From Epiperipatus broadwayi (taxonomy: Eukaryota; Animalia; Onychophora): 64,000 nt of DNA. Positions 63,131 to 64,000 of the stretch are shown here, piece after piece (the first letter of the stretch is position 1; every line of letters starts with the position of its first letter). The stretch is taken from positions 744,001-808,000 of the forward strand of contig JAQFVV010000009.1 in the NCBI GenBank assembly GCA_028023455.1. The letters run 5' to 3'. A program made the translations under genes and the position numbers. The notes beneath the pieces were generated by a model. It was given only the letters and a program-made list of their open reading frames with translations, did no database searches and had not been told where the DNA came from.

Positions 63131-63495
63131 TATTGTAAAGTAACATCTTTGTTGGATTCAATATGTGAAATTAATTAACAATATAAGACTTTTCTTTAAA
63201 AAACATTTTATAATGAACTTGGGCATGGTTTTTTATTATAAAGATTATCTCATAAACATTGTAGAGAACTGTAATAATAATTGATTTCATTGCAAAGATA
63301 TGATTGAGGATACAATGTAATGGAAAACTACAATTAAACAAGCCATCAAGGTCTTTCAGAAGAAAATCCTCTGCAAAAGTTAAAAAACAGTGTTACAACA
63401 TATATAATCGGAATAATGGATCAGCATGCTATAAGTGGATGTATTTGTGTTTTATGGTTTGGTTTATATGGTGCAAAACTCACCTCTAGTATAGA

Positions 63496-63615
63496 ATTAT
63501 TATTATTATTATTATAGCTGTGTGGTTGTTGTTGTTGTTATTATTATTACTACTACTACTACTACTACTGCTACTACTACTACTACTACTACCACTACCA
63601 CCACCACCACTACCA

Positions 63616-63646
<31 letters not shown>

Positions 63647-63684
63647 CACTACTACTACTACTACTACTCTACTACTACTACTAC

Positions 63685-63726
<42 letters not shown>
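63496..63726. repeat. Compound trinucleotide microsatellite (ATT)(GTT)(ACT)(ACC)(ATT)
   Basis: Read directly; it explains the poly-L, poly-Y and poly-T ORF-track artefacts. Confidence 0.95.
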
Positions 63727-64000
63727 TCTACAAGTAGCATTAATTTGCCTCCCAAGAAAATATTAAATTTTATTTCACAATTTAACTAATAACTTGCTGA
63801 GCTTTTGACCTGGACGGATGTAATCAAAGTGTTCAAACATAAGCAAAACTGGTATTATTTGAAGAAAACATGACATTAATACTCAGTGGTTAATATGTAA
63901 ATTTGTAATTTACATATTCCAATTTTATGATAATGATATACAAAAATCTTTTTTGTTTATCATGTGGCTACTATACCTTTTAAATTTTCTTTTCCAATTG

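Larger units (their letters stand above)
8745..64000 (+). other. Probable very large intronic region of the MGC... gene
   Basis: Begins at the GTAAGA donor. No convincing conserved host exon was found downstream; the content is TE remnants and AT-rich DNA. Small exons may have been missed. Confidence 0.5.

Noticed and set aside
63520-63789. ORF-track poly-Leu/Tyr and poly-Thr ORFs
   Set aside because: They are translations of the compound microsatellite.
1-64000. CRISPR array, rRNA or prokaryotic/viral operon
   Set aside because: No regularly spaced repeat-spacer array, no rRNA-like sequence and no long intact ORF. All long ORF fragments belong to decayed eukaryotic retroelements.

Overview
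This window is eukaryotic, very AT-rich and CpG-depleted animal DNA. It is probably from an arthropod, but that is an inference from base composition and TE families. There are no prokaryotic features. Host content: (i) the likely last coding stretch of an upstream + strand gene (1-87); (ii) a CpG-retaining promoter with an RFX X-box (8391-8404) followed by a first coding exon (8564-8744, MGCTPSTL..., GTAAGA donor). That N-terminus resembles arthropod PDE8, but no diagnostic domain is in the window. The remaining ~55 kb looks like one very large intron, with one weak candidate exon at 43098-43166, and it is filled with transposable elements. These include a decayed APE-RT LINE (1742-5130, -), further LINE fragments, and a complete but decayed Ty3/Gypsy element on the - strand with ~2.4-2.65 kb LTRs, PBS and PPT (30451-41648). 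There are also a probable solo LTR, MITE families and a young tRNA-derived SINE with an 18-bp TSD. The most striking structure is a head-to-head inverted dimer of Penelope-like elements (50488-55379) enclosed by one 14-bp direct repeat. Each arm ends in a tRNA-like A/B-box cassette followed directly by a CpG-decayed minimal hammerhead ribozyme. All alignments and identities were judged by eye; no database search or folding program was run.
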